From contig CP091135.1 of NCBI GenBank assembly GCA_021582655.1, positions 293,078-357,077 on the forward strand: DNA of 64,000 nt, in the 5' to 3' direction. How positions within the stretch are numbered: position 1 is the first letter of the stretch; every line of letters starts with the position of its first letter. This document shows, in pieces, positions 31,354 through 44,353 of this stretch. The position numbers and the translations under genes were made by a program. The notes under the pieces were generated by a model. That model ran no database searches. It had not been told where the DNA came from and worked only from the letters and a program-made list of their open reading frames with translations. The stretch is from Nitrosomonas sp. Lineage in GTDB: Bacteria > Pseudomonadota > Gammaproteobacteria > Burkholderiales > Nitrosomonadaceae.

Positions 31354-32229
31354 CTACAATACGGATCTCAGCAGTTTACCCATTTCCGCCGGATTGCGCG
31401 TAATTTTGATGCCGCAAGACGCCATGACCTCGAGTTTTTCCTGTGCGGTGCCTGTGCCGCCGGAAATGATCGCACCGGCATGTCCCATGCGTTTTCCCGG
31501 CGGTGCGGTTACCCCGGCGATAAATCCGACCACCGGCTTACGCATATTGTCTTTGACCCAGTGCGCGCAATCCTCTTCGTCACTGCCGCCGATTTCACCG
31601 ACCATCAGCACCGCATCGGTTTCATCATCGTCGTTGAACAATTGCAGCACGTCGAGATGCTTCAAGCCGTTCACCGGGTCGCCGCCAATACCGATGCAGC
31701 TCGACTGTCCAAGACCCAGCGCCATCAATTGCGCCACTGCTTCGTATGTCAACGTGCCGGAACGCGATACCACGCCAATGCGGCCTTTTTTGTGGATGTA
31801 GCCCGGCATGATGCCGATTTTGAGCTCGTCCGGCGTGATAATGCCGGGACAATTTGGTCCGATCAACCGGGTTTTCTTGCCTTGCATTTTATAGCGGGTG
31901 CGGACCATATCGCGAACCGGAATCCCTTCGGTGATGCAAATTACCAAATCCAGCTCGGCTTCCACCGCCTCATCGATCGCTGCAGCGGCGAAAGGCGGCG
32001 GTACGTAAATGACTGATACATTGGCGCCGGTTTGTTGTTTTGCTTCCCTGACGGTGGCAAAAACCGGGATACCCTCGAAATCCTCGCCGGGCTTGCGCGG
32101 ATTGACACCGGCGACAAAACATTCCTTACCGTTGGCGTAATCACGACACATGCGAGTATGGAATTGGCCGGTTTTTCCGGTAATGCCTTGGGTAATAACG
32201 CGGCTGCGACGATCGATCAGAATGGACAT
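31354..32229 (-). CDS. sucD: Succinyl-CoA synthetase alpha subunit (or malate-CoA ligase paralog)
   Basis: [27 protein letters not shown]. Confidence 0.92.
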   Translation of the reverse strand: MSILIDRRSRVITQGITGKTGQFHTRMCRDYANGKECFVAGVNPRKPGEDFEGIPVFATVREAKQQTGANVSVIYVPPPFAAAAIDEAVEAELDLVICITEGIPVRDMVRTRYKMQGKKTRLIGPNCPGIITPDELKIGIMPGYIHKKGRIGVVSRSGTLTYEAVAQLMALGLGQSSCIGIGGDPVNGLKHLDVLQLFNDDDETDAVLMVGEIGGSDEEDCAHWVKDNMRKPVVGFIAGVTAPPGKRMGHAGAIISGGTGTAQEKLEVMASCGIKITRNPAEMGKLLRSVL

Positions 32230-32242
32230 GGCATCACTCCTG

Positions 32243-33436
32243 TTAGGATAGGCGTTGGCCGGTAACGGCGGCATGAGATCGGGCCGCGTCGACTGCTCGC
32301 TGCGCAGCATCGGCCATATTCTCCGCCGAAATAACCGGCAAACCGGAATCGGCCAGAATCTTTTTTCCGAGTTCAACGTTGGTACCCTCCAACCGCACTA
32401 CCAGCGGCACGGCCAGCCGTACCTCGCGCGCTGCGGCCACCACACCTTGTGCGATCACGTCACATTTCATGATGCCACCGAAAATATTGACCAGAATCGT
32501 CTGCAGTTTGGGGTTGCACAACATCAGCTTGAATGCTTCGGTAACTTTCTCCGCGGTAGCGCCACCGCCGACATCGAGAAAATTGGCGGGATTGCCGCCG
32601 TATAGTTTAATGATATCCATCGTTGCCATCGCCAGCCCCGCACCGTTTACCAGACAACCGATATTGCCGTCGAGCGGAATATACGATAACTCGTGCTTCG
32701 ACGCCTCGATTTCGAGTGGGTCTTCCTCATCCAAGTCACGCAATGCAACGATATCGGGATGGCGGAACAGCGCGTTGTCGTCAAAGTTCATCTTGGCATC
32801 GAGCGCAATCACTTGATTTCCGCTGATCAGGCCCAGCGGATTGACTTCCAGCAGCGATGCATCGGTGCCGTCAAACGCCCGGTACAATCCTTGCAGTAAG
32901 GCTGCCGCTTGTGGCACACACACTGCCGGAATACCGATTTTTTGTGCGACTTCTTGCGCTTGTTGCTGTGTTAAGCCCGCGAGCGGATCAATGAACACCT
33001 TATGAATCTTGTCCGGCGCTTCGGCAGCGACTTGCTCGATATCCATACCGCCTTCGGAGCTCGCCATCAAACACACACGCTGCCGCTGCCGGTCAACCAC
33101 CATACCGACGTAGTATTCTTTGTCGATTCTGACCCCCTGTTCGATGAACAAGCGATGCACAATCCGCCCCTCCGTCCCGGTTTGATGTGTCACCAACCGC
33201 ATTCCCAATATTTCCCTTGCATGCTGTCGCACCTCATCCAACGACCGCGCCATCTTCACTCCGCCGCCCTTGCCGCGTCCGCCAGCATAAATCTGCGCTT
33301 TCACCGCCCAGACCTCACCACCTAATTGCTGCGCGGCAACCACCGCTTCGTCGACACTGAAGCAAGCAACCCCTTTCGGCGTCGCCACGCCGTATTGCTG
33401 CAACATCGCTTTGGCTTGGTATTCGTGGATTTTCAT
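32243..33436 (-). CDS. sucC: Succinyl-CoA synthetase beta subunit (or malate-CoA ligase paralog)
   Basis: [38 protein letters not shown]. Confidence 0.92.
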   Translation of the reverse strand: MKIHEYQAKAMLQQYGVATPKGVACFSVDEAVVAAQQLGGEVWAVKAQIYAGGRGKGGGVKMARSLDEVRQHAREILGMRLVTHQTGTEGRIVHRLFIEQGVRIDKEYYVGMVVDRQRQRVCLMASSEGGMDIEQVAAEAPDKIHKVFIDPLAGLTQQQAQEVAQKIGIPAVCVPQAAALLQGLYRAFDGTDASLLEVNPLGLISGNQVIALDAKMNFDDNALFRHPDIVALRDLDEEDPLEIEASKHELSYIPLDGNIGCLVNGAGLAMATMDIIKLYGGNPANFLDVGGGATAEKVTEAFKLMLCNPKLQTILVNIFGGIMKCDVIAQGVVAAAREVRLAVPLVVRLEGTNVELGKKILADSGLPVISAENMADAAQRAVDAARSHAAVTGQRLS

Positions 33437-33766
33437 ATCGACACCCTCGTTAACGTGACTTCGAACGATAATACTAGCAGCATATCTTAAGCATTCAGCA
33501 GAAATTACTTGCCTTCAGACAACTTACAGTGATGCGACTTCATTCAACGGCACACTGTTGGTGAAGCGCTGATAACCGATTTATCGATCAAGCGCACCAC
33601 TTTCCCGGATCAGGGTTAACGAACAGCATACCGGTATTGACTGGGCTAAACAAAAGGCTCGCCGTATCGCGCGACAGTCAAGCAACGAATATGCGGCAAC
33701 CGGAAACCGCCGGCGCATATTCTCCGGCAACGGCATTGGGATAATGCCAATATCACATGCAATCGG

Positions 33767-33982
33767 TTACTTGCCGGTGTCGCAGTTACAACGGGTGATT
33801 ATTAAGCTGATGAGTGCACCCAGCGCAAAAAAGATTAACAGCGCGACACTGAAAGGAAGTTCGATGGATTGCGATGAATCCAGATAATACTGCAGCGTAA
33901 CCGGCTGCGAGTTTTTGGAAGCGAATACAGCCAGGATTGCAAAGATTGCGATGCTAAAAATCCAAGTGATCAGATTCATCAT
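33767..33982 (-). CDS. lapA: LapA-family (DUF1049) small membrane protein
   Basis: Two TM segments with FA-x-x-N-x-x-x-V-x-L-x-Y; position after ihfB. Confidence 0.7.
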   Translation of the reverse strand: MMNLITWIFSIAIFAILAVFASKNSQPVTLQYYLDSSQSIELPFSVALLIFFALGALISLIITRCNCDTGK

Positions 33983-34098
33983 AATCGGTTATTCCTTCAA
34001 GTTTAATAAATGACTCAATATCAATTCGGTTTCGCTTCCATTGATGCTGGTAACAAAATTCGAATCGAATGAATGACTAAGCCGCTTGTTCAATTAAA

Positions 34099-34126
34099 AA
34101 AGCACTTCCAGATTCGGAAGTGCTTT
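34099..34126 (-). terminator. Rho-independent terminator after ihfB
   Basis: AAAGCACTTCC / GGAAGTGCTTT stem with T-run on the minus strand. Confidence 0.75.
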
Positions 34127-34142
34127 GATGTGTATTGCGTGC

Positions 34143-34424
34143 TTACTTGTAATCAACGCGTTCCCGCATTTCCTTGCCTGCTTTGAAGTGCGGTACATAT
34201 TTCTCCGGCACTTTGACTTTTTCTCCGGATTTTGGATTACGGCCGACACGGGGTGGGCGATAATTCAGATCGAAGCTGCCAAAACCACGTATCTCGATCC
34301 GTTGCCCGCTTGACAGGCTTTTGGCCATGGCATCTATGATCATTTTGACGGAAAGTTCTGCGTCTTTGGTGACCAGTTGCGGAAAACGTGCGGCAAGCCT
34401 GGTGATTAATTCGGATTTCGTCAT
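34143..34424 (-). CDS. ihfB: Integration host factor beta subunit
   Basis: [36 protein letters not shown]. Confidence 0.97.
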   Translation of the reverse strand: MTKSELITRLAARFPQLVTKDAELSVKMIIDAMAKSLSSGQRIEIRGFGSFDLNYRPPRVGRNPKSGEKVKVPEKYVPHFKAGKEMRERVDYK

Positions 34425-34433
34425 GAAGATTCC

Positions 34434-36146
34434 TTATTGCTCAGTATTTTTACTATCCATTTTCGCTTTTAACAGCGCACCCAGGCTGGTAGTGCCGGCA
34501 TTGACAGGCGCTTTGATTTTTTGCATGGCGGCGGTTTCGTCGGATTTGTCTTTTGCCTTGATCGAAAGATTGATGGTGCGGTTCTTACGATCGATGTTAA
34601 TAATCATGGTTTCGACTTTATCGCCTTCTTTCAAGTGGCTGCGAATATCTTCCACACGATCGCGCGAAACCTCGGATGCACGCAAATAACCTTCGACATC
34701 ATCCGTCAGCGCAATCACAGCGCCTTTGGCGTCAATCGATTTGACGATGCCTTCAATGATGCTGTTTTTGTCATTATTGGCGACGAAATTGGTGAAAGGA
34801 TCGCCTTCCATTTGTTTGATACCGAGAGAGATGCGCTCGCGTTCGACATCAATAGATAAAATAATCGCTTCGACTTCATCACCCTTTTTATAATTGAGAA
34901 CAGCTTCCTCGCCCGGCTGATTCCAGGATAAATCGGATAAGTGCACCAGCCCGTCGATATTGCCGGGTAATCCGATAAATACGCCGAAATCGGTGATCGA
35001 TTTGATTTGCCCTTTCACTTTATCGTTTTTCTCATGCGTAGTAGCGAATTCTTCCCAAGGATTCGATTGGCATTGTTTCATACCTAATGAAATACGACGG
35101 CGTTCTTCGTCGATTTCGAGGATCATCACCTCGACTTCATCGCCAAGCTGAACCACTTTGGACGGATAAACATTCTTGTTGGTCCAATCCATTTCGGAAA
35201 CGTGCACCAACCCTTCGATACCCTGCTCGATCTCAATGAAAGCACCGTAATCGGTTAAATTGGTCACTTTGCCGAATAATCGGGTACGCGGCGGATAGCG
35301 ACGCGACAAACCGACCCAAGGATCTTCGCTCAGTTGTTTCATGCCGAGTGAAACGCGGTTTTTTTCCTGATCGAACTTCAATACTTTCGCAGTTACCTCA
35401 TCACCGATATTGACAACCTCGGAAGGATGTTTGACACGACGCCAAGCCAGATCGGTAATATGCAGCAAACCGTCGATACCGCCCAAATCCACGAACGCAC
35501 CGTAATCGGTAATATTCTTGACGATGCCATGAACAATGGCGCCTTCCTGCAAATTCGACAGTAGAGCTTCACGATCCGCACCTTGCGTTGCTTCGAGCAC
35601 CGCACGACGCGACACCACCACATTGTTACGCTTACGATCCAGTTTGATGACTTTGAATTCCATCTCCTTATTTTCATAAGGTGTCGTATCCTTGACAGGC
35701 CGGATATCGACCAGGGAACCCGGCAAGAATGCGCGAATACCATTGATCATCGCCGTCAAACCGCCTTTCACTTTGCCATTTACCATACCGGTGACGATCT
35801 TGCCGGTTTCCATAGCTTGTTCCAAATCATGCCATGCGGTTAAGCGCTTGGCTTTGTCGCGAGACAAACGTGTTTCACCGTAGCCGTCTTCCAGCGATTC
35901 AATGGCAACGCTCACGAAATCTCCAGGCTTGGCTTCTATCTCGCCACGGTCATTTTTAAATTCTTCAACCGGAATAAAACTTTCGGATTTGAGGCCGGCA
36001 TTAACAATTACAACGTTATAGTCAACACGAACAACCTCGGCAGTGATGACTTCACCGACACGCATTTCCTGACGTGAGAGACTTTCTTCGAACAGTGAAG
36101 CAAAACTTTCGGGAGTATTTTGTGAGGCAGAGGAAGCATTAGTCAT
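34434..36146 (-). CDS. rpsA: 30S ribosomal protein S1
   Basis: [10 protein letters not shown] start, repeated S1 domains (DYGAF..GL-x-H-x-S). Confidence 0.98.
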   Translation of the reverse strand: MTNASSASQNTPESFASLFEESLSRQEMRVGEVITAEVVRVDYNVVIVNAGLKSESFIPVEEFKNDRGEIEAKPGDFVSVAIESLEDGYGETRLSRDKAKRLTAWHDLEQAMETGKIVTGMVNGKVKGGLTAMINGIRAFLPGSLVDIRPVKDTTPYENKEMEFKVIKLDRKRNNVVVSRRAVLEATQGADREALLSNLQEGAIVHGIVKNITDYGAFVDLGGIDGLLHITDLAWRRVKHPSEVVNIGDEVTAKVLKFDQEKNRVSLGMKQLSEDPWVGLSRRYPPRTRLFGKVTNLTDYGAFIEIEQGIEGLVHVSEMDWTNKNVYPSKVVQLGDEVEVMILEIDEERRRISLGMKQCQSNPWEEFATTHEKNDKVKGQIKSITDFGVFIGLPGNIDGLVHLSDLSWNQPGEEAVLNYKKGDEVEAIILSIDVERERISLGIKQMEGDPFTNFVANNDKNSIIEGIVKSIDAKGAVIALTDDVEGYLRASEVSRDRVEDIRSHLKEGDKVETMIINIDRKNRTINLSIKAKDKSDETAAMQKIKAPVNAGTTSLGALLKAKMDSKNTEQ

Positions 36147-36266
36147 TATAAAAGTACCTGATAAATCATCTCCACCGCATTGGTTTCCGGCAGAAATCGG
36201 GTTAGTTAATAAAATGCCTGAATTCGCACTCCCTTTACCGACAAGGGATCGAATAATGGTCAAGCG

Positions 36267-36941
36267 CTAATTTCTTGCGTTTACCGCATTATACCAGGAG
36301 AGCACAGCATCTTGTGCCTGGGAAACGGTCAGTGACGTAGTATCCAGCAAGCGAGCATCCGCACCTCGCTGCAACGGTGCGATACTGCGCTTGCTATCGC
36401 GTTCGTCACGCTGCTGGATATCCTGCAAGAGAACAGCGATATTAGCATCGATTCCTTTCTCTTTCAACTGGTTATGTCGCCTTTGTGCACGCACTTCGGC
36501 ACTGGCCGTCAAAAAAATCTTGAGTACGGCATCCGGAAAAATAACCGAACCCATATCGCGGCCGTCGGTAACCAATCCGGGCAATCGCCGGAAGGCGCGC
36601 TGACGCTCGGTCAACGCCGTACGAATTGGCAGGTGTGCCGCCAGTTGCGAAGCCAAGATACCGCAGTGTTCGGTACGGATCAAATCGGTTACAGCCGTGC
36701 CGTCGAGATAAATTTGTCCATTGATGAAAGCGATATCCAGGTTCTTGGCCATCGCCGACAGTTGATCGAGGCTTCCGGTGTCGGTTCCGGATTGCATGAC
36801 TTTTAATGCCACCAGGCGATAGAGCGCACCACTATCCAAATAATGAAAACCGAGTTTGTCGGCAACCGATTGGGCAACCGTACCTTTGCCGGAAGCCGAA
36901 GGGCCATCAATGGCGATGACCGGTATCTGGAATGTATCCAT
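36267..36941 (-). CDS. cmk: Cytidylate kinase
   Basis: IAIDGPSASGKGT, LDSGALYR, DGRDMG. Confidence 0.96.
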   Translation of the reverse strand: MDTFQIPVIAIDGPSASGKGTVAQSVADKLGFHYLDSGALYRLVALKVMQSGTDTGSLDQLSAMAKNLDIAFINGQIYLDGTAVTDLIRTEHCGILASQLAAHLPIRTALTERQRAFRRLPGLVTDGRDMGSVIFPDAVLKIFLTASAEVRAQRRHNQLKEKGIDANIAVLLQDIQQRDERDSKRSIAPLQRGADARLLDTTSLTVSQAQDAVLSWYNAVNARN

Positions 36942-36979
36942 GAATGATATGCGGTAATTGGTCTAGGAAAAAATCATTA

Positions 36980-38281
36980 TCAGGCGGGATAGGTGATTCG
37001 ACTAAATTTCTCAAAATAATCAGGGAAGGTTTTGGCGACGCAATCGGGATCGTTGATATACACCGGAGCGGCAAAACTGATCAATGAAAAACACATCGCC
37101 ATGCGATGATCGTCGTAAGTATCGATTGCCACGCCGGGAATAAAACTTTGTTCGGGTGGTGTGATGCGCAAAAAATCCATACCTTCTTCGACACCGGCAC
37201 CCAGCTTACGCAATTCCACCGCCATCGCCGTCAACCGGTCGGTCTCCTTCAGACGCCAACTGGCGATGTTGCGCAGCGTGGTGGTTCCTTGCGCGAACAG
37301 TGCCGCGACTGCGAGCGTCATCGCCGCATCGGGGATCGCATTGCAATCCAAATCAATCGCCTGTAACGGCTTCCCCTTGTTGCAGGCTTCGATCCAGTTT
37401 TCTCCAAAGGTAATATCCGCTCCCATCATCGCCAATGCATCGGCAAAACGCACATCACCTTGGGTGCTATCGCGCCCCACGCCTTGAACCCGTACGGGTC
37501 CGCCTCCAATTGCACCGGCCGCCAGAAAATAAGACGCGGATGAAGCGTCGCCTTCGACAAAAATCCTCCCCGGACTGCGGTATCGCTGTTGCGGTGGAAT
37601 GATGAATCGATGCCAGTCATCGCGCACGACCTGCACACCGAAGCGCTGCATTTGCGCCAGTGTCAACTGGATATACGGTTGTGAAACGAGTGTACCGATC
37701 ACAGTAATGATCGATTCTGTTCCGGTCAACGGCAGCGCCATCAATAGTCCCGTCAGGAATTGACTAGAAACATCTCCCTTTACGGTTATCTGCTGAATGT
37801 GTTCGTGCGTATGAAGTATCGCCGGTTTGATTTCCAGTGGCGGAAAACCGGCGTTACCGAGATAAGTGATATCCGCACCCAACTGGCGCAGTGCATCCAC
37901 CAAGTCACCTATCGGTCTTTCGTGCATGCGCGGCACACCCGATAATCGGTAATGGCCTTGCATCACGGCCAACGCTGCGGTTAGCGGTCTAAAAGCGGTA
38001 CCGGCATTGCCAAGAAACAGTTCAGCTGTAGCCACGGGAAACTTACCGCCGCAACCGGTGACACGATAATCGTTGCCACCGCTGTATGCAATCGAAACAC
38101 CCAGTTTGTCCAGCGCTTCCAACATACGCGCCGTATCGTCGGAAGCAAGCAATTCATGAACCTGCGTGGTACCTTCGGCAAGCGCTGCAAGCAATAAAAT
38201 ACGATTGGAAATACTTTTCGATCCCGGCAACTGTATCGTTCCCCGGGCATTCCGAGCCAATGGAAGGTCAAGCCGCTTCAT
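36980..38281 (-). CDS. aroA: EPSP synthase
   Basis: [36 protein letters not shown]. Confidence 0.97.
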   Translation of the reverse strand: MKRLDLPLARNARGTIQLPGSKSISNRILLLAALAEGTTQVHELLASDDTARMLEALDKLGVSIAYSGGNDYRVTGCGGKFPVATAELFLGNAGTAFRPLTAALAVMQGHYRLSGVPRMHERPIGDLVDALRQLGADITYLGNAGFPPLEIKPAILHTHEHIQQITVKGDVSSQFLTGLLMALPLTGTESIITVIGTLVSQPYIQLTLAQMQRFGVQVVRDDWHRFIIPPQQRYRSPGRIFVEGDASSASYFLAAGAIGGGPVRVQGVGRDSTQGDVRFADALAMMGADITFGENWIEACNKGKPLQAIDLDCNAIPDAAMTLAVAALFAQGTTTLRNIASWRLKETDRLTAMAVELRKLGAGVEEGMDFLRITPPEQSFIPGVAIDTYDDHRMAMCFSLISFAAPVYINDPDCVAKTFPDYFEKFSRITYPA

Positions 38282-38341
38282 GGTGCGCCAAATGCAATGT
38301 AAACCTGGATAATAGCCGATTACCGCTGCTCAAGCGTAGCT

Positions 38342-38683
38342 TTATGAATGTGTGACGGTCACCGTACTGGAAAAAACATTGATCACAACGACACCCGCGA
38401 CAATCAGGGATAAGCCGATTACCGCCGGTGTATCCAGCGGTTGCTGCAGAAACAACCAACCGCTTAATGCAATCAAAACAATACCGATACCGGACCAAAT
38501 CGCATAGGCAATTCCGACCGGGATGATTTTCAGTGTCAGCGACAACAAATAAAAAGCCAGCAGATAACCAGCTACAACCGTCACCGATGGCCAAAATCGA
38601 GTAAATCCTTCCGTTGCCTTCAAACAGGAAGTGGCGACGACTTCGCTGACAATCGCAATCGCGAGTAAAAGCCAATGAGGCAT
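38342..38683 (-). CDS. SMR-family efflux protein (EmrE/Qac subtype)
   Basis: AIVSEVVATSCLK..GF, AYAIWSGIG, four TM segments. Confidence 0.88.
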   Translation of the reverse strand: MPHWLLLAIAIVSEVVATSCLKATEGFTRFWPSVTVVAGYLLAFYLLSLTLKIIPVGIAYAIWSGIGIVLIALSGWLFLQQPLDTPAVIGLSLIVAGVVVINVFSSTVTVTHS

Positions 38684-38900
38684 TTAATAATTCCATGTAA
38701 AAAATGGAGAAAATACGGGGGAAGGAAACCGATGTACCAAACCGACCGATACTGTCGGCCACGAATCCTTAAAATGAACCGGTTGTACCGAATGACATTC
38801 GTAACGATTATCTGGGAAGCGATTGCAATAATCAACGATCCCGTGTCTTATGAGCTTCGCATGTCAGTGGCAATCGTCAATAACGGCGCAGCGTCATCCA

Positions 38901-40013
38901 TCAATGCGCAATTAAAATACGCAGCATTCTGCGCAGCGGCTCTGCGGCCCCCCACAGCAATTGATCGCCAACGGTAAAAACGGATAGGTATTCACCGCCC
39001 ATTGCCAACTTGCGCAGCCGCCCGACGGGTATCGACAATGTGCCGGTTATTGCCGCCGGTGTCAGTTTAGCGGTTGTGGCTTCGCGTTCGTTGGGAACAA
39101 CCTGCACCCAATCGTTGGATTGAGAAATAACATCTTCAATTTCATCCAAGGGTACATCTTGCTTTAACTTGATGGTCAGTGCCTGGCTGTGGCAACGCAT
39201 CGCACCGACGCGCACGCAGATGCCGTCAACGGGGATCTGATGATCACCGCATCCGAGAATTTTGTTGGTCTCGGCTTGACCCTTCCATTCCTCGCGGCTT
39301 TGTCCGTTGGCGACTTCCTTATCAATCCAGGGAATCAGACTCCCTGCAAGCGGTACACCAAAATTCTCAGTCGGGAAGTTTCTGTCGCGCAAAGTACCGG
39401 CAACTTCGCGATCAATATCCAAAATATTCGACGCCGGATCGTCCAGTAAGTCTTTAGCCACACGGTGTGCCTCACCCATTTGCTGCAGCAGTTCGCGCAT
39501 ATTCTTCGCACCGGCCCCTGATGCCGCCTGGTAAGTCATGGCACTCATCCAATCGACCATGCCTTTCTCAAACAATCCGCCAACCGCCATCAGCATCAAA
39601 CTGACCGTACAATTTCCACCGATATAATTTTTAACACCGGTGTGCAATCCCTGCTCGATCACCGGCATATTGACCGGGTCTAGAATAATGATGGCGTCTT
39701 TTTCCATACGCAGCGCCGATGCGGCATCAATCCAATAGCCACTCCAACCGGACTGGCGTAATTGCTTGAAAATCTGCTGGGTATAATCCCCGCCTTGGCA
39801 GGAAACGATGATATCCATCGCTTTCAATTGATCAATATCGTATGCGTTTTTCAGCGGCGGAATATCTCTACCGATATTCGGACCGGCACCGCCTTGCTGG
39901 GAAGTTGTAAAAAAAACCGGATCGATCAAAGAAAAATCCTCTTCTTCCCGCATCCTTTGCATCAATACCGAACCCACCATGCCGCGCCAACCGACAAAAC
40001 CTACTTGTTTCAT
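38901..40013 (-). CDS. asd: Aspartate-semialdehyde dehydrogenase
   Basis: [34 protein letters not shown]. Confidence 0.97.
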   Translation of the reverse strand: MKQVGFVGWRGMVGSVLMQRMREEEDFSLIDPVFFTTSQQGGAGPNIGRDIPPLKNAYDIDQLKAMDIIVSCQGGDYTQQIFKQLRQSGWSGYWIDAASALRMEKDAIIILDPVNMPVIEQGLHTGVKNYIGGNCTVSLMLMAVGGLFEKGMVDWMSAMTYQAASGAGAKNMRELLQQMGEAHRVAKDLLDDPASNILDIDREVAGTLRDRNFPTENFGVPLAGSLIPWIDKEVANGQSREEWKGQAETNKILGCGDHQIPVDGICVRVGAMRCHSQALTIKLKQDVPLDEIEDVISQSNDWVQVVPNEREATTAKLTPAAITGTLSIPVGRLRKLAMGGEYLSVFTVGDQLLWGAAEPLRRMLRILIAH

Positions 40014-40122
40014 TGCTTCTCTCTTGTTTGAATTAATTATTACGTTAAAAATAAAACATAAATCATAGCTTAAGATATTAATCTTAACCCAATAAATTCA
40101 CGCATTTTTTACCTGCATTTAA

Positions 40123-41196
40123 TTAACCTGCTGATAGCGATGCCAGTACCGCATCCCCCATCGCCTGCGTACCCACCAGCCGCATTCCGGGTTCGTTGAT
40201 ATCTTTGGTCCTGAATCCTTGTGCGAGTACTTTTTTAACCGCATGCTCAATGCGCTGCGCGGCTGATTCCTGATTAAAGGTGTAGCGCAGCATCATTGCA
40301 ACAGAAAGTATTGTCGCCAGTGGATTGGCCGCATCCTTACCGGCGATGTCCGGCGCTGAGCCATGAATTGGTTCATACAGGCCTTTATTGTTCTCATCCA
40401 GGGAGGCGGATGGCAGCATACCGATCGATCCCGTCAGCATTGACGCCTCATCGGACAGAATATCGCCGAACATATTTCCGGTAACGATAACATCGAATTG
40501 CTTGGGGTTGCGCACCAATTGCATTGCGGCATTGTCCACCAGCATGTGCGACAGCGTAACACGCGGATATTGTTGCGCCACTTCGATAACCACGTCGCGC
40601 CATAACTGCGTGCACTCCAGAACATTCATTTTGTCGACGGAACACAATTTCCCCTGACGTTTCGCAGCGGCTTGAAATGCGACATGCGCGATCCGGCGAA
40701 TTTCGGCTTCATTGTAGATCATGGTATTGAAACCGACCCGCTGACCGCTACGTAACTCAATACCGCGCGGCTCGCCGAAATAGATATCGCCGGTCAGTTC
40801 ACGTACGATCATGATATCGAGACCCGCGACCACGTCGTATTTCAAACTCGATGCATTGGCCAGCTCGGGATACAGCAAAGCGGGACGTAAATTAGCAAAC
40901 AAATTGAGCGCCTTGCGGATAGCCAGTAAGCCGCGTTCCGGCCGCTGATGACGGGGCAACGCATCATATTTGGGTCCGCCGACCGCACCGAGCAGCACTG
41001 CATCCGCCTGGCTTGCAAGCTTGTGCGTCGCTTCGGGGTAAGGCTCTCCGGTAGCATCCACCGCGCAGCCGCCGATTAAACCGTATTCCAATTCAACCGG
41101 AAGACCGTCGGTTTTTAACGCCTTCAATACCCTTACCGCTTGTGCCACGATTTCCGGTCCGATCCCGTCGCCGGATAAGACAGCAATTTTCATCAT
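40123..41196 (-). CDS. leuB: 3-isopropylmalate dehydrogenase
   Basis: [29 protein letters not shown]. Confidence 0.97.
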   Translation of the reverse strand: MMKIAVLSGDGIGPEIVAQAVRVLKALKTDGLPVELEYGLIGGCAVDATGEPYPEATHKLASQADAVLLGAVGGPKYDALPRHQRPERGLLAIRKALNLFANLRPALLYPELANASSLKYDVVAGLDIMIVRELTGDIYFGEPRGIELRSGQRVGFNTMIYNEAEIRRIAHVAFQAAAKRQGKLCSVDKMNVLECTQLWRDVVIEVAQQYPRVTLSHMLVDNAAMQLVRNPKQFDVIVTGNMFGDILSDEASMLTGSIGMLPSASLDENNKGLYEPIHGSAPDIAGKDAANPLATILSVAMMLRYTFNQESAAQRIEHAVKKVLAQGFRTKDINEPGMRLVGTQAMGDAVLASLSAG

Positions 41197-41213
41197 GTTT
41201 GTGTTTTCTTCAG

Positions 41214-41852
41214 TTAACGAAACAACCAGGGCTGCTCGGCACGCCGCTGCTGTTCGAATTGTTTGATTTTTTCGGCGTATTGCAACGTCAACCCGATTTC
41301 ATCCAAACCGTCCACCAAACAATGCTTACGGAACGGATCGATGTCGAATCGATACGTTGAGCCATTGGGAGTGATCACGGTTTGCTGCTGGAGATCTACA
41401 GTCAAACGATAGCCTTCGGTCGATTTTACCGCACCAAACAGACAATCCATGGCGGATACGTCCAGAATAATCGGCAACAAACCGATCTTAAAGCAGTTGT
41501 TAAAAAAGATATCCGCGAAGCTGGGCGCAATAATGACACGGAAACCATAGTCCTGTAACGCCCAGGGTGCGTGCTCCCGGCTCGATCCGCAACCGAAGTT
41601 GGCGCGTGCCAATAAAATTCTCGCACCCTGATAGCGCGTCTGATTGAGAACGAAATCAGTGTTCGGCTGACGTACCGCCGGGTCCATGCCGGGCTCCCCA
41701 TGATCCAAATAACGCCATTCGTCGAACAGATTTTTCCCGAAACCGGAGCGCTTGATGGACTTGAGGAATTGCTTCGGAATGATCGCATCGGTATCAACAT
41801 TGGCACGATCCATCGGCGCCACCAAACCGGTAAACGTTGTAAATTTTTCCAT
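41214..41852 (-). CDS. leuD: Isopropylmalate dehydratase small subunit
   Basis: [24 protein letters not shown]. Confidence 0.97.
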   Translation of the reverse strand: MEKFTTFTGLVAPMDRANVDTDAIIPKQFLKSIKRSGFGKNLFDEWRYLDHGEPGMDPAVRQPNTDFVLNQTRYQGARILLARANFGCGSSREHAPWALQDYGFRVIIAPSFADIFFNNCFKIGLLPIILDVSAMDCLFGAVKSTEGYRLTVDLQQQTVITPNGSTYRFDIDPFRKHCLVDGLDEIGLTLQYAEKIKQFEQQRRAEQPWLFR

Positions 41853-41867
41853 GAGATTACCTTTGTT

Positions 41868-43283
41868 TCATGCGTCGAGCTTGCGGACATCGACAAAATG
41901 GCCGGCAATTGCGGCAGCGGCTGCCATTGCCGGACTGACCAGGTGTGTTCTACCGCCCGGACCCTGCCTGCCTTCAAAATTGCGATTGGATGTCGACGCA
42001 CACCGCTCACCCGGCAATAGCCGGTCGTCATTCATCGCCAAGCACATCGAACAGCCGGGTTCGCGCCATTCGAAGCCGGCTGCTTGGAAAATCCGATCCA
42101 ATCCTTCCTGTTCGGCTTGTTTCTTAACCAGACCGGATCCCGGTACCACCAGTGCTTGCTTGATATTCGCCGCGACATGCTTGCCCTTGACCACTTGCGC
42201 GGCGGCACGCAAATCCTCGATACGCGAATTGGTGCACGAGCCGATGAAAACTTTATCAACCGGGATTCGAGTGATCGGCGTATTAGGTTCCAATCCCATG
42301 TAATTCAGTGCCTTCTGCATATCGGAGCGCTTAACCTCATCGGCTATGCGTGCAGGATCGGGCACATTGCCGTCTATGGTAACCACCATTTCGGGAGAAG
42401 TGCCCCACGTCACTTGTGGTTTGATTTGTGCGGCGTCAAAGGTCACGATACGGTCAAAAACGGCATCGTCATCGCTACGCAAAGTGCGCCAGTAAGCAAC
42501 GGCCTGTTCCCAGAGTTCGCCTTGTGGCGCAAATGGACGACCTTTAATGTATTCAATCGTGGTATCGTCAACGCCGATCATACCGGCCCGAGCTCCCGCC
42601 TCGATCGCCATATTACACAACGTCATGCGTCCTTCCATCGATAACGCGCGTATCACACTGCCGGAGAATTCAATGGCATATCCCGTACCGCCTGCCGTGC
42701 CGATTTCGCCGATAATAGTCAGCGCAATATCTTTTGCGGTAACCCCCAATCCTAATTTTCCTTCGACAGCTATCTGCATGGTTTTGGATTTCTTCATCAA
42801 CAAACATTGCGTCGCCAGCACGTGTTCGACTTCGGATGTACCGATACCGAAAGCCAGACATCCGAACGCACCGTGCGTACTGGTGTGCGAATCGCCGCAA
42901 ACCACCGTCATGCCGGGCAGTGTTGCACCCTGCTCCGGACCGATGACGTGCACGATGCCCTGACGCAAGTCATTCATCTTAAATTCGGTAATGCCATATT
43001 CGTCACAGTTCTGATCCAAAGTATCGACCTGTAAGCGCGAAATAGGATCGTGTATGCCGTGACTGCGGTCGGTCGTTGGGACATTATGATCGGCGACCGC
43101 AAGAATAGAATTCAACCGCCACAGCTTGCGCCCGGCCATTTTCAGGCTTTCGAACGCTTGCGGGCTGGTCACTTCGTGCACCAAATGGCGGTCGATATAG
43201 ATCAGCGCCATACTATCCGAATCGCTCGATTCGGTATGTACTACATGCTGACGCCACAGTTTGTCGTATAACGTTTGCTTCAT
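41868..43283 (-). CDS. leuC: Isopropylmalate dehydratase large subunit
   Basis: [42 protein letters not shown]. Confidence 0.97.
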   Translation of the reverse strand: MKQTLYDKLWRQHVVHTESSDSDSMALIYIDRHLVHEVTSPQAFESLKMAGRKLWRLNSILAVADHNVPTTDRSHGIHDPISRLQVDTLDQNCDEYGITEFKMNDLRQGIVHVIGPEQGATLPGMTVVCGDSHTSTHGAFGCLAFGIGTSEVEHVLATQCLLMKKSKTMQIAVEGKLGLGVTAKDIALTIIGEIGTAGGTGYAIEFSGSVIRALSMEGRMTLCNMAIEAGARAGMIGVDDTTIEYIKGRPFAPQGELWEQAVAYWRTLRSDDDAVFDRIVTFDAAQIKPQVTWGTSPEMVVTIDGNVPDPARIADEVKRSDMQKALNYMGLEPNTPITRIPVDKVFIGSCTNSRIEDLRAAAQVVKGKHVAANIKQALVVPGSGLVKKQAEQEGLDRIFQAAGFEWREPGCSMCLAMNDDRLLPGERCASTSNRNFEGRQGPGGRTHLVSPAMAAAAAIAGHFVDVRKLDA

Positions 43284-43539
43284 ACAAATTTTAGAAAAAC
43301 GGATAAACGCGCGATTATCCCACAAAGTTTACCACTAACAAACCATGACTGATCGCCGCTACCTTACCGGCCATGCTTTTTATAATCAATCGGACTGGCG
43401 GAATCATTTGAATGCGTATAGCGATTGCAACGACAAGCCCGGATAAGGCATAAACACACGGACAAACGTGCAATAAAAGAAACAAAAACGAAAAAGACGC
43501 CGATAAGGAATTGATGATATGGTTAGAGTGATGGTTGAA

Positions 43540-44340
43540 TTACGCCCAAAGCCGCAGTAGCATCCGGATTCCCAAACTGTATAACAGGATGACAAAAATC
43601 GTTCTCAGTAATGCCGTTTTAGTGGAGTGCGTCATTCTGGCGCCGAATGGCGCGGTCAGCATGCTGGCGGCTACTAACCAGGCAACCGCTGGCAAATAGA
43701 CATAGCCCAAGCTGTAGTCAGGCAATTTTTCAGATTGTTGAAAACCGTTGACTATATAGCCGGTGGTTCCCGCCACAGCGATCGGAAAACCAATCGCCGC
43801 GGCAGTACCGATGGCATGCTGCAATTTAACTCTGCATAAGGCTAAAAACGGCACAGTCAGTAATCCGCCGCCGATCGCTACCAGACTCGAAGCAGCACCG
43901 ATAATACTTCCCGCCACCGTCATCCCGAATTTTCCCGGCATTTGCAGCATCGGGCTGGGACGAAATTGCAGCACCATTTGCGTAGCGGCATAAAAAATAA
44001 ATATGATAAAAATGATGCTCAGCACAGCGCTCGTCAATACGCTTGCCCACGCCGCTCCCAGGAATGTGCCAAGCAAAATTCCCGGCGTAATATTTTTGAC
44101 GATTGACCAATCAACCGCTTGATGCTGATGATGGATGCGCAAGCTGACCGCAGAAGTGAAAATAATGGTTGCCATCGTGGTACCGAGCGCCATGTGAATA
44201 ATGCGATCGGACGGAAAATCTTGCGCTGTAAACGCACTGATCAATACCGGCACGATAATCAAGCCACCGCCGATCCCCAATAACCCTGCAAAAAATCCGA
44301 CGAAAGCTCCGGCCAACAGGTAAACCAGCCACCATTCCAT
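43540..44340 (-). CDS. TauE/SafE (TSUP) family transporter
   Basis: GLLGIGGGLIIVP and IGGGLLTVP repeats, multiple TM segments. Confidence 0.88.
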   Translation of the reverse strand: MEWWLVYLLAGAFVGFFAGLLGIGGGLIIVPVLISAFTAQDFPSDRIIHMALGTTMATIIFTSAVSLRIHHQHQAVDWSIVKNITPGILLGTFLGAAWASVLTSAVLSIIFIIFIFYAATQMVLQFRPSPMLQMPGKFGMTVAGSIIGAASSLVAIGGGLLTVPFLALCRVKLQHAIGTAAAIGFPIAVAGTTGYIVNGFQQSEKLPDYSLGYVYLPAVAWLVAASMLTAPFGARMTHSTKTALLRTIFVILLYSLGIRMLLRLWA

Positions 44341-44353
44341 ATATAAGCCCTTA

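Noticed and set aside
31189-32016. 275-aa plus-strand ORF
   Set aside because: Antisense shadow of sucD
38342-38900. SMR gene as a guanidinium exporter (Gdx) with riboswitch
   Set aside because: Motifs are EmrE/Qac-like rather than Gdx-like and I saw no guanidine riboswitch hairpins upstream
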